A DNA stretch of 13,789 bases, taken from IMG/VR virus record IMGVR_UViG_3300045988_121957, positions 1 to 13,789 of that record, one strand, 5' to 3'. Position 1 is the stretch's first letter. Each line of letters begins with the position of its first letter. This document shows positions 1 to 6,244 of this stretch, piece by piece. The position numbers and the translations under genes are program-made. The notes beneath the pieces are model-generated. The model ran no database searches. It was not told the DNA's origin and worked only from the letters and a program-made list of their open reading frames with translations. The stretch is from a virus.

Positions 1-89
1 TTATTCTGTTGACATATTAGTTCAAATGGACTATAATAAACTCAACAAATCAATACAGCACAGCCAACTAGGCAGGAGGGTGAATATGA
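1..89. repeat. Left inverted terminal repeat (ITR), 89 bp
   Basis: Positions 1-89 are the exact reverse complement of 13701-13789, compared base by base. Identity breaks at position 90 versus 13700. The repeat sits exactly at the window ends. Confidence 0.97.
9..37 (+). promoter_or_regulatory. Consensus sigma-A (sigma70-type) promoter inside the left ITR, reading inward
   Basis: TTGACA at 9-14, a 17-nt spacer, and TATAAT at 32-37. Both hexamers match consensus perfectly. Downstream lie AGGAGGG (74-80) and ATG (86). Confidence 0.8.
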
Positions 90-853
90 AAGAAAATACT
101 TTAGTTTTACGTCCATCTTACTGGGCTTCAGTTTCCGGAGGAAAAGATAGCTTATATATGTTAAAATACATATTGACTAACATAGATAAGTACCCATTAG
201 ATGGAGTGATTCATTTCGAACTTGAGATTGACTATCCATTCATTCATGAAGTAATTGACTATATGGAAGATGAATGCAAAAAATATGGCATTAAATTTGT
301 CAGAATCAAGCCTAGAAAAACATGGGATGAACTATATAAAAAATATGGATTTCCGACAAGAAAGGCACGCTGGTGTAATAGTCATTACAAATTGGATGCA
401 CTTAAACAACTTAATGAATATATGAATCAATTAGGTTATTTCGTTGTAAGCTATATCGGATATTGTGCTGATGAGGAAAAAAGGTTTAAAAATAAAAATA
501 AAAATAAAAACGAAATATACCCACTTGTTGATGCAGGCATTAAAGAAGGTGTAATATTAGAATGGGCGAAAAGACAGCCAATATTTAACCATTATTATGA
601 GTACAACACTAGATGTGGCTGTATGTATTGTCCAATGTCAAGGTACATTAATTATGCCTATTTGTATAAATTTTATCCAGATAAATTTCAGTTCATGATT
701 GAAAAAATGAGAGAGACTGAAAAAATGAGGGAGCATGAACTTGGGCATCCTTTTTCCGTGATATCCTCAAATCCAAAATATAATGCGGACTATTTAGAGG
801 AAATCATTAAAACAAAATGGTTAAAAAAACTTAAAGAACAGGAGGAACAGTAA
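86..853 (+). CDS. PP-loop ATP pyrophosphatase, PAPS-reductase/DndC-like family (255 aa)
   Basis: SGGKDS PP-loop motif in 'WASVSGGKDSLYML'. 'ARWCNSHYK' and a C-terminal 'RCGCMYCP' cysteine cluster are typical of phage PAPS-reductase-like proteins. I chose the ATG at 86 because it lies 5-6 nt after AGGAGGG. The track start at 26 falls inside the promoter spacer. Confidence 0.75.
   Translation: MKENTLVLRPSYWASVSGGKDSLYMLKYILTNIDKYPLDGVIHFELEIDYPFIHEVIDYMEDECKKYGIKFVRIKPRKTWDELYKKYGFPTRKARWCNSHYKLDALKQLNEYMNQLGYFVVSYIGYCADEEKRFKNKNKNKNEIYPLVDAGIKEGVILEWAKRQPIFNHYYEYNTRCGCMYCPMSRYINYAYLYKFYPDKFQFMIEKMRETEKMREHELGHPFSVISSNPKYNADYLEEIIKTKWLKKLKEQEEQ
488..511 (+). repeat. In-frame hexanucleotide microsatellite (AAAAAT)x3 + AAAAAC encoding KNKNKNKN
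   Basis: Direct reading gives aaaaat aaaaat aaaaat aaaaac. Position 488 is codon position 1 of the CDS starting at 86. Confidence 0.9.
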
Positions 854-1288
854 ATGAAATCAAAATACACAAAAATCAAATATACGAACACCGGAGTAAA
901 ATCCCCGGTAGTAACTCTTATGAAATCAAAATCAGATCTTGATAGAACAGACATGATAGAATTAAGATATTCAGACATAATCATAGTTATTTCAAGAATT
1001 TTACGAAAAACTATGTATAATAAAGCAGAATCAAGAATCGAAATACGAAGAAAAAATAACACTCTTTGTGCACTAGTTAGAGTAAAGGATACTATCAATG
1101 ATGCAAAAATAATGGTTGAAAACTATTACATTTTCGCAAAACTTTATATATATTTGAATGAACAAAAATATATTAGTGACAAAGAGTATAGATACTATGA
1201 AGAATGGGCTAAGATAGTGTATGATGGGTTTAATCATAAACTATATGATGAAATAATGGGGGTGCTCAAATATGCCAAAGAATCCTAG
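854..1288 (+). CDS. Hypothetical early protein (144 aa), Lys/Tyr-rich
   Basis: The ORF starts immediately after the upstream stop (TAAATG) and overlaps the next gene by 17 nt. I recognised no motif. The region is very AT-rich. Confidence 0.6.
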   Translation: MKSKYTKIKYTNTGVKSPVVTLMKSKSDLDRTDMIELRYSDIIIVISRILRKTMYNKAESRIEIRRKNNTLCALVRVKDTINDAKIMVENYYIFAKLYIYLNEQKYISDKEYRYYEEWAKIVYDGFNHKLYDEIMGVLKYAKES

Positions 1289-1892
1289 AATCCCGACCAC
1301 TTCAAAAGGGTTGAACGTCAACCCAAACATGCTTACTACTGCCGAAGCTTTACAGCTTCGCAGACAGCTTGCTAAACGTCTGAATCAGCGTATGCGTAGA
1401 TTAAAGGCAAAAGGATTTGATTCAGAATTTGGCGGGGCGTATGCCGACTATCAAGATTTACTTGTAAGATTTTTTCCAGGACGATCAACCATTCCGGAAA
1501 ACTTGGAAAATGAAAAGTATAAAGGCTTGCCTAGAACACAAGTCAAGGCAATACAAAAAGTGCTGAAAGAAAAGAGCAGCACTGTGCAAGGTTGGAGAGA
1601 AATTATTGATAAGCGTCAAAAAACGCTATCTGATGAATATGGAATTACTTTTAAGTCAAAATCAGAAATGAAACTTTTTTTCAAATCTGAGGTATGGAAG
1701 TGGATGCAAACCTTTTATGATAGCAAACAGACGTTGAGAATCATCAGTCACAAACTTGATAAGTCTACAGTCAAAAAAATAATAGAGGACCTGGAACAAT
1801 TTAGGGAGCGTACAGACAATGAGATGGCTGATGTGATAGCTAAACAGCTAGGGTTCTCTGGTGAGGCTGAGGCATTGAAGTACAGACCATAG
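1272..1892 (+). CDS. Candidate terminal protein (206 aa)
   Basis: It lies immediately upstream of the protein-primed DNA polymerase, the same order as phi29 gene 3 then gene 2. The N-terminus is strongly basic ('LQLRRQLAKRLNQRMRRLKAKG'). A GGGGGTG SD sits 8 nt upstream. I recognised no direct sequence similarity. Confidence 0.45.
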   Translation: MPKNPRIPTTSKGLNVNPNMLTTAEALQLRRQLAKRLNQRMRRLKAKGFDSEFGGAYADYQDLLVRFFPGRSTIPENLENEKYKGLPRTQVKAIQKVLKEKSSTVQGWREIIDKRQKTLSDEYGITFKSKSEMKLFFKSEVWKWMQTFYDSKQTLRIISHKLDKSTVKKIIEDLEQFRERTDNEMADVIAKQLGFSGEAEALKYRP

Positions 1893-1908
1893 CAGGGGGG
1901 GTAAAATA

Positions 1909-4032
1909 ATGGTAGTCGCAGGTTATCCGGTTATTTATTTTAAAAACTATGATTATATGCGACTGTTCAATGGTGATTTCATCCGACGATCCAACGCTGG
2001 TCATTATCTAGGAGTTTACGAAAAAATCATAACGGTAGACACGGAAACTTTTGTCTATCTCAATAAAGATATTGGGTTTGTGACAGATTGGACAATCACG
2101 ATAGAGAATGACTGCTGTATTTATGGCAACCATGTTTCTGATCTGATTGATACGATAGACAGGATCTGCACAACTTTACATACTGACGACAGCCACCTTG
2201 TAAGATTTTATGTGCATAATTTTCCTTATGATTATGTATTTTTAAGAAATCATTTTTTCCAAAAATGGGGGAATCCGGACAAATCATTAGCTGCTAAAAC
2301 ACATAAGTACATCTTTATGAAATGGACGGGACAGGGCATTGAGTTCCGGGACAGTCTTATCTTGACACAGAGATCATTAGAAAAGCTTTGTAAAGACATG
2401 GGAACCACTGAGAAAGCTGTCGGAACATGGGACTATAAGAAATTTCGAACACCAGCAAGCCCACGTACGGCAAAAGAAATAGCATATGTCTGTACGGATA
2501 CGATAAGTTTATGCAAGGCACTACGCAAATACATAAATCAGAGAGGCTTTAACGTGGCGAACTGTCCACTGACAAACACAGGCTTTATCCGGACTAATGC
2601 CCGCAGGAGATCAAGAAAAGATAAGAAATGGCGTAAGCAATTTGAGCAAATGGCATTAACACTTGAACAGTATGACCAGATGCTTGACTGCTATCATGGG
2701 GGGTATACTCATGCCAACAGATACTATGTTAATCAGCTGATAAAAGAACCTGTCGAATGCTATGATTTTGCAAGTTCATACATTGCCTGGATGTGCTATT
2801 GCAAGTTTCCAATGACGAACTTTTGTTATACAAATAGTATAACATTAAAAGACATTATGGAACTGAAAGAAGATTATGCGTTTTCCGGCTATATAAGATT
2901 AAAGAATCTGAGGTTGAAAAAAGACTGCCCTATGCCACCTCTTGCTTTTTCAAAAGCAAAAGTTTGTCTGTTTCCGGAAGCAAAAAGCAAAAAGGAGCAA
3001 TTTCATGATAACCTAGACAATGGAAAGATTGTAAATGCAGATCTTGTCATATATCCATTTACTGATCCGGATTTAGAAGTCATCCTGTCAAGTTATGAGT
3101 ATGAATGGGCTGACGTGTCAAAAGTCATGAGAGCTACAAAGGACTACTTGCCGGAGTGGTTCACGGACTACTTGATGGAATTGTTTTTTAAAAAATGCAC
3201 CCTTAAAGGTTTGGATGAAGCAAACTACATGATCTCAAAAGGTGAGTTAAATGGAATGTATGGTATGACAGTACAAAGAATCATACAGATCTTATGTACT
3301 GAGTTGATGGAATCCGGAGATTGGGAGGCAAAAGAACCAGAGGACAGGGAGAAAGAACTTGAAAAATTTTACCGGAATAAAAACAGTTTCATGCCCTACC
3401 AGTGGGGAGTTTTTATCACAGCTTATGCACAGGCTTATCTTTTCCGGCTAGGCTCCTGCTGCCGGAGATGGTTTTATTCAGACACAGATTCAGTAAAAGG
3501 CACAGACTGGGATCATGATAAACTGAATGCATTTAATCAGTCCATCATTGAATTGTCACAAAAAAGAAACATTGGAGTAGTTGAGTATAATGGAAAAATT
3601 TTCCGGTTGGGAATTGCTGAGTTTGACGGAATCTACAGTGAGTTTATAACGATGGGTAGTAAGCGGTATTGCTACCGGTTGAAAAAAGATGCATCTTTGC
3701 ATCTGACGGTTGCAGGAGTGCCAAAAGAGGGAATCTATTGCCTGGATGATGATATTACCAACTTTCGAAAAGGATTTATTTTCAAAAATGATCTTACATT
3801 CCGCAGGAACTACCGCAGGTCAAATGATTGGTGTGATCCCAAATGGAAAATGAAAACGGAGTATCTTTTTCATGATGGAATCAATGAACTGACCATTGAC
3901 GGATGCAGGATTGAGTATGGCTGTGCTATCCGCTTAACGGATACAGAGTATGAATTGGATCATACGATTCCGTATGATAAAGAAACAGGATTACCGTTGC
4001 CATTTGAAATGGAAGATACGGTATATGAATAG
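1909..4032 (+). CDS. Protein-primed family-B DNA polymerase (707 aa)
   Basis: ExoI 'VDTETF', ExoII 'HNFPYDYVF', ExoIII 'YVCTDTISL', 'YHGGY', motif A 'YDFASSY', motif B 'KGELNGMYG'. 'WGVFITAYAQ' parallels phi29 'MGVFITAWAR'. Also motif C 'YSDTDS' and a KxY motif 'SKRYCY'. A GGGGGG SD precedes the ATG. Confidence 0.95.
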   Translation: MVVAGYPVIYFKNYDYMRLFNGDFIRRSNAGHYLGVYEKIITVDTETFVYLNKDIGFVTDWTITIENDCCIYGNHVSDLIDTIDRICTTLHTDDSHLVRFYVHNFPYDYVFLRNHFFQKWGNPDKSLAAKTHKYIFMKWTGQGIEFRDSLILTQRSLEKLCKDMGTTEKAVGTWDYKKFRTPASPRTAKEIAYVCTDTISLCKALRKYINQRGFNVANCPLTNTGFIRTNARRRSRKDKKWRKQFEQMALTLEQYDQMLDCYHGGYTHANRYYVNQLIKEPVECYDFASSYIAWMCYCKFPMTNFCYTNSITLKDIMELKEDYAFSGYIRLKNLRLKKDCPMPPLAFSKAKVCLFPEAKSKKEQFHDNLDNGKIVNADLVIYPFTDPDLEVILSSYEYEWADVSKVMRATKDYLPEWFTDYLMELFFKKCTLKGLDEANYMISKGELNGMYGMTVQRIIQILCTELMESGDWEAKEPEDREKELEKFYRNKNSFMPYQWGVFITAYAQAYLFRLGSCCRRWFYSDTDSVKGTDWDHDKLNAFNQSIIELSQKRNIGVVEYNGKIFRLGIAEFDGIYSEFITMGSKRYCYRLKKDASLHLTVAGVPKEGIYCLDDDITNFRKGFIFKNDLTFRRNYRRSNDWCDPKWKMKTEYLFHDGINELTIDGCRIEYGCAIRLTDTEYELDHTIPYDKETGLPLPFEMEDTVYE

Positions 4033-4099
4033 AATTATTATAAATTTGTAATACTTTTGTAACATAAATAAGTTAAACTGTATAAAGGAGCTGTAACCT

Positions 4100-4213
4100 A
4101 TGAAAAAATTCTGGAAAGAAAATAAGGAAGATTTAAATACCCTTTTCTGGACTTGCATAACTTTTGCTTGCATGTTTGCAAGCTGTCAAGTCTGGATGTT
4201 GTTAGGTGATTAA
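4100..4213 (+). CDS. Small hydrophobic protein, 37 aa (not in ORF track)
   Basis: AAGGAG at 4085-4090 lies 9 nt before the ATG. My translation is MKKFWKENKEDLNTLFWTCITFACMFASCQVWMLLGD, with one predicted C-terminal TM segment. The ORF also contains a strong hairpin at 4150-4192, so an RNA-level role is possible. Confidence 0.45.
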   Translation: MKKFWKENKEDLNTLFWTCITFACMFASCQVWMLLGD

Positions 4214-4237
4214 AAAATCAGTAAAGGAGAGAATACT

Positions 4238-4459
4238 ATGAAACAAGTTGTTGAAACAAGTGAGATTAAAAAGAAAATTGAACAATTAATCAAGTCAGCA
4301 CAGAGAGATTACAAGAGAGGAGACATTCATTTTTATGATAAGAAAATAGATGCAGTCGTTATATTTTTTGATTTATTAGAGGATTTAGTATGTGAGCCGG
4401 AAACATGGGAAGATGATATGTTTCGTTTAAATGAGTGGATGGATTCATTAAGGAGGTGA
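4238..4459 (+). CDS. Hypothetical protein (73 aa), mildly acidic, helical
   Basis: ORF track entry. AAAGGAGAG SD lies 7-8 nt before the ATG. I recognised no motif. Confidence 0.65.
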   Translation: MKQVVETSEIKKKIEQLIKSAQRDYKRGDIHFYDKKIDAVVIFFDLLEDLVCEPETWEDDMFRLNEWMDSLRR

Positions 4460-4466
4460 GTAAAAA

Positions 4467-4607
4467 ATGATTGACATGTCAGAGATTTATGAAACAGTGC
4501 GAACAAGCAGTCTGAGAAAAGTTAGCTATGAGGATGATGAGATCAGTATCGTAGCTTACAAAGTTGGAAACATCATTAGAATTGACGTAAAGGAGATGCA
4601 AAGATGA
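4467..4607 (+). CDS. Hypothetical small protein, 46 aa (not in ORF track)
   Basis: AGGAGG at 4451-4456 lies 10 nt before the ATG. My translation is MIDMSEIYETVRTSSLRKVSYEDDEISIVAYKVGNIIRIDVKEMQR. Its TGA overlaps the next ATG (ATGA). Confidence 0.55.
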   Translation: MIDMSEIYETVRTSSLRKVSYEDDEISIVAYKVGNIIRIDVKEMQR

Positions 4608-4780
4608 CAACAATTTATGAATTATATGATGCATTACTTACTATAAAAGAGTATTGTACATCAAACAATACATGCAAGAATTGTCCACTCATTGATAGTG
4701 ATGATTGCTGCATTTTTATAAAAGATACAGCACCATCGAATTGGAAACTGGTTGAGCCAACAAGAAGATTATATAAATAA
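4604..4780 (+). CDS. Cys-rich small protein, 58 aa (not in ORF track)
   Basis: AAGGAG at 4590-4595 lies 8 nt before the ATG, and ATGA couples it to the previous ORF. My translation is MTTIYELYDALLTIKEYCTSNNTCKNCPLIDSDDCCIFIKDTAPSNWKLVEPTRRLYK. The C-x5-C-x2-C...CC pattern suggests metal binding. Confidence 0.55.
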   Translation: MTTIYELYDALLTIKEYCTSNNTCKNCPLIDSDDCCIFIKDTAPSNWKLVEPTRRLYK

Positions 4781-4794
4781 AAGGAGAAAATACT

Positions 4795-5094
4795 ATGTTA
4801 AAATCAAATGTAAAAATCACTTGCAAACCTTATAACGGTAGTTCAAAAACAAAAGCCTTTGTTGATCTGGATCTGGATGATACACTTGTAATTAAAGGAC
4901 TTACACTGGTTGAGGGGGAAGACGGACTTTTCTTGTCATTCCCAAGTAAAAAAGGCAAAGATGGACAGTATTACAATTCCGTCTATTCACTTGATAAAGA
5001 GTGGTTAAAACTTTTGAAGGATGCTTGCGTCAAAAAATACAATGAATGCAACCAGACTTCACAGCCTGCATCCTCCGGAGGTGGATTTCGGTAA
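4795..5094 (+). CDS. SpoVG-family nucleic-acid-binding protein homologue (99 aa)
   Basis: It aligns by eye along the full length of B. subtilis SpoVG. The core 'GEDGLFLSFPSKKGKDGQYY' parallels SpoVG '[20 protein letters not shown]'. Length is similar (~97 aa). The SD is strong. Confidence 0.75.
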   Translation: MLKSNVKITCKPYNGSSKTKAFVDLDLDDTLVIKGLTLVEGEDGLFLSFPSKKGKDGQYYNSVYSLDKEWLKLLKDACVKKYNECNQTSQPASSGGGFR

Positions 5095-6143
5095 TGAATA
5101 TCTATGATAAAAATGGTTGGCTGGACGTTCCAAGGATTGTCCAGCTTGCCGATAAAAATAAAATTAACTTTATCTTTATCATTGGAGCAAGACGAACCGG
5201 AAAAACGTATGGAATCTTCCAGCACTTTATCAATGATGTCTTTTCAAAAAATGAAAAGATCATTTACATGCGCCGCACAAAAGAGCAGCTGACAAAAGTG
5301 TTTCTTCCGGAGTTTGATCCGTGGCTGGACATAAACAAAGATATGAATAGGTTTTTTCATTTTGAAAAACCCAGAGGTGAATACGGTCGAATTAAGATTA
5401 TGGAGCAGACAGAGGAAGAGGAAGTATATAGAGGTGAGGCTTTTTGTCTTACCTCTATGCACAACAACCGTGGTTTCTCTGGATCCGATTTTTCTGAGGG
5501 TATCTATGATGAATTTATCCCGGAGAAGATTGCTAAGTCAATCAGTGGGGAAGATGATGCCTTTTTGAATGCTGTTGAAACAATCTCAGCAAATAGGGAG
5601 TTGCAAGGAAAGAAACCATTCCGCTGGTGGCTTGCTTCCAATTCTAACACCTTGGATAATGCAATAGTGCAAGCTTTTGGTTTGCTTCCAATATTGGAGC
5701 GGATGAAAAAGAATGAGAAGGAGTTTTCCATGCTCAAAGAGAGAGGAATCATCTTGGTTCTGATAAATGATTCCCCAATTTCAGAAAAGAAAAAAGATAC
5801 TGCTTTGTATCGGGCTTTATCGGGTGATACAGACTTTGCAAAGATGGCTTTATCTAATGAGTTTGCATATGATGATGTATCAGCAATAAAATCAGAGGAT
5901 ATAAGGCAGTACAAGCTTATTTGTGTCATTGGAAAAATAGCAATTTATGAGCATAAATCAAAAGCACACTTGTATGTGTCGGATCATATCTCTGGATCTT
6001 GCAAAGATGTATTTGAAGATAGTCAGCATGGAAAAGACCAATTTAGATGCTTTTATAGTTGGATTGATAGCTATCGTCTGACAAATAGGATAAGTTATCA
6101 GAATATTTCAGTAAAATTTTATATTGACAAATTATTCAAATAG
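5094..6143 (+). CDS. DNA encapsidation (packaging) ATPase, phi29 gp16 type (349 aa)
   Basis: 'FIIGARRTGKTY' parallels phi29 gp16 'FVIGARGIGKSY' (Walker A). 'IIYMRRTKEQL' parallels 'FIYVRRYKPEL'. 'YDEFIPEK' parallels 'FDEFIREK' (Walker B). I placed the start at ATG 5094, which overlaps the SpoVG-like stop (TAATG) and has GGAGG upstream. The track start at 5046 would overlap that gene by 49 nt. Confidence 0.9.
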   Translation: MNIYDKNGWLDVPRIVQLADKNKINFIFIIGARRTGKTYGIFQHFINDVFSKNEKIIYMRRTKEQLTKVFLPEFDPWLDINKDMNRFFHFEKPRGEYGRIKIMEQTEEEEVYRGEAFCLTSMHNNRGFSGSDFSEGIYDEFIPEKIAKSISGEDDAFLNAVETISANRELQGKKPFRWWLASNSNTLDNAIVQAFGLLPILERMKKNEKEFSMLKERGIILVLINDSPISEKKKDTALYRALSGDTDFAKMALSNEFAYDDVSAIKSEDIRQYKLICVIGKIAIYEHKSKAHLYVSDHISGSCKDVFEDSQHGKDQFRCFYSWIDSYRLTNRISYQNISVKFYIDKLFK

Positions 6144-6152
6144 AATTATATT
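6124..6152 (+). promoter_or_regulatory. Near-consensus sigma-A promoter (candidate late promoter) in the 3' end of the ATPase gene
   Basis: TTGACA at 6124-6129, an exact 17-nt spacer, and TATATT at 6147-6152. The predicted TSS near 6159-6160 coincides with the 5' end of the structured element. In my scan of TTGACA sites on both strands, this is the only other one with a good -10 at 17 nt. Confidence 0.6.
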
Positions 6153-6157
6153 TTACT

Positions 6158-6244
6158 TAGGTCAACGTGGCTACATCGACCGCCGGAAGCGGATGCCGTG
6201 GGATGATTACCCGGAAGCGTTGACCTATTTAATTAACTTCCGGC
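6158..6244 (+). ncRNA. GC-rich structured RNA element: three-way-junction-like fold plus an alternative pairing segment. It could be a late-operon leader or a stand-alone RNA.
   Basis: A 10-bp outer stem pairs TAGGTCAACG (6158-6167) with CGTTGACCTA (6218-6227). It encloses hairpin CCGC-cggaa-GCGG (6180-6192) and hairpin CCG(t)GG-gatgatta-CCCGG (6196-6214). CCGGAAGCG occurs twice (6183-6191, 6211-6219), and CTTCCGGC (6237-6244) can pair with either copy. G+C is 59% over 6158-6227 by direct count, in an AT-rich context. Confidence 0.5.

Noticed and set aside
26-85. A 20-aa N-terminal extension (MDYNKLNKSIQHSQLGRRVN) appears on both the 26..853 (+) and 13525..13764 (-) track ORFs. It looks like a conserved N-terminal domain shared by two proteins.
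   Set aside because: The identity exists only because both stretches lie inside the ITR. The ATG at 26 falls within the promoter spacer, between -35 and -10, so it would not be transcribed. The strong SD (AGGAGGG) serves the ATG at 86 and its mirror at 13704.
4028-4086. A candidate promoter after the polymerase gene (TTGTAA-18-TATAAA at 4057-4086). Also an 11-nt motif AATAGAATTAT shared by the regions at the polymerase stop (4028-4038) and the ATPase stop (6139-6149).
   Set aside because: The -35 is weak and the spacing suboptimal. The predicted TSS (~4093) would remove the SD of the next ORF. In a 13.8-kb AT-rich sequence dozens of chance 11-mer repeats are expected (rough estimate ~40), so the shared motif is not significant on its own.
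5046-5093. The upstream start given in the track for the ATPase ORF (MQPDFTACILRRWISV...).
   Set aside because: It would overlap the SpoVG-like gene by 49 nt and has no SD. ATG 5094 gives a TAATG stop-start junction and places the Walker A motif at a distance similar to phi29 gp16.
6196-6220. A possible hammerhead-type self-cleaving ribozyme core, suggested by 'GGGATGATTACCCGGAAGC' resembling CUGAUGA...GAAA.
   Set aside because: The conserved CUGANGA and CGAAAC cores are not actually present (GGGAUGA and GGAAGC instead). The helix arrangement does not fit. This stays unassigned unless a covariance-model search says otherwise.
6160-6226. A tRNA-like reading of the GC-rich element, since a 7-bp 'acceptor' stem GGTCAAC/GTTGACC encloses ~52 nt.
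   Set aside because: The interior is too short for a cloverleaf. There is no T-loop (GTTCRA) or D-loop signature and no anticodon arm of proper geometry.
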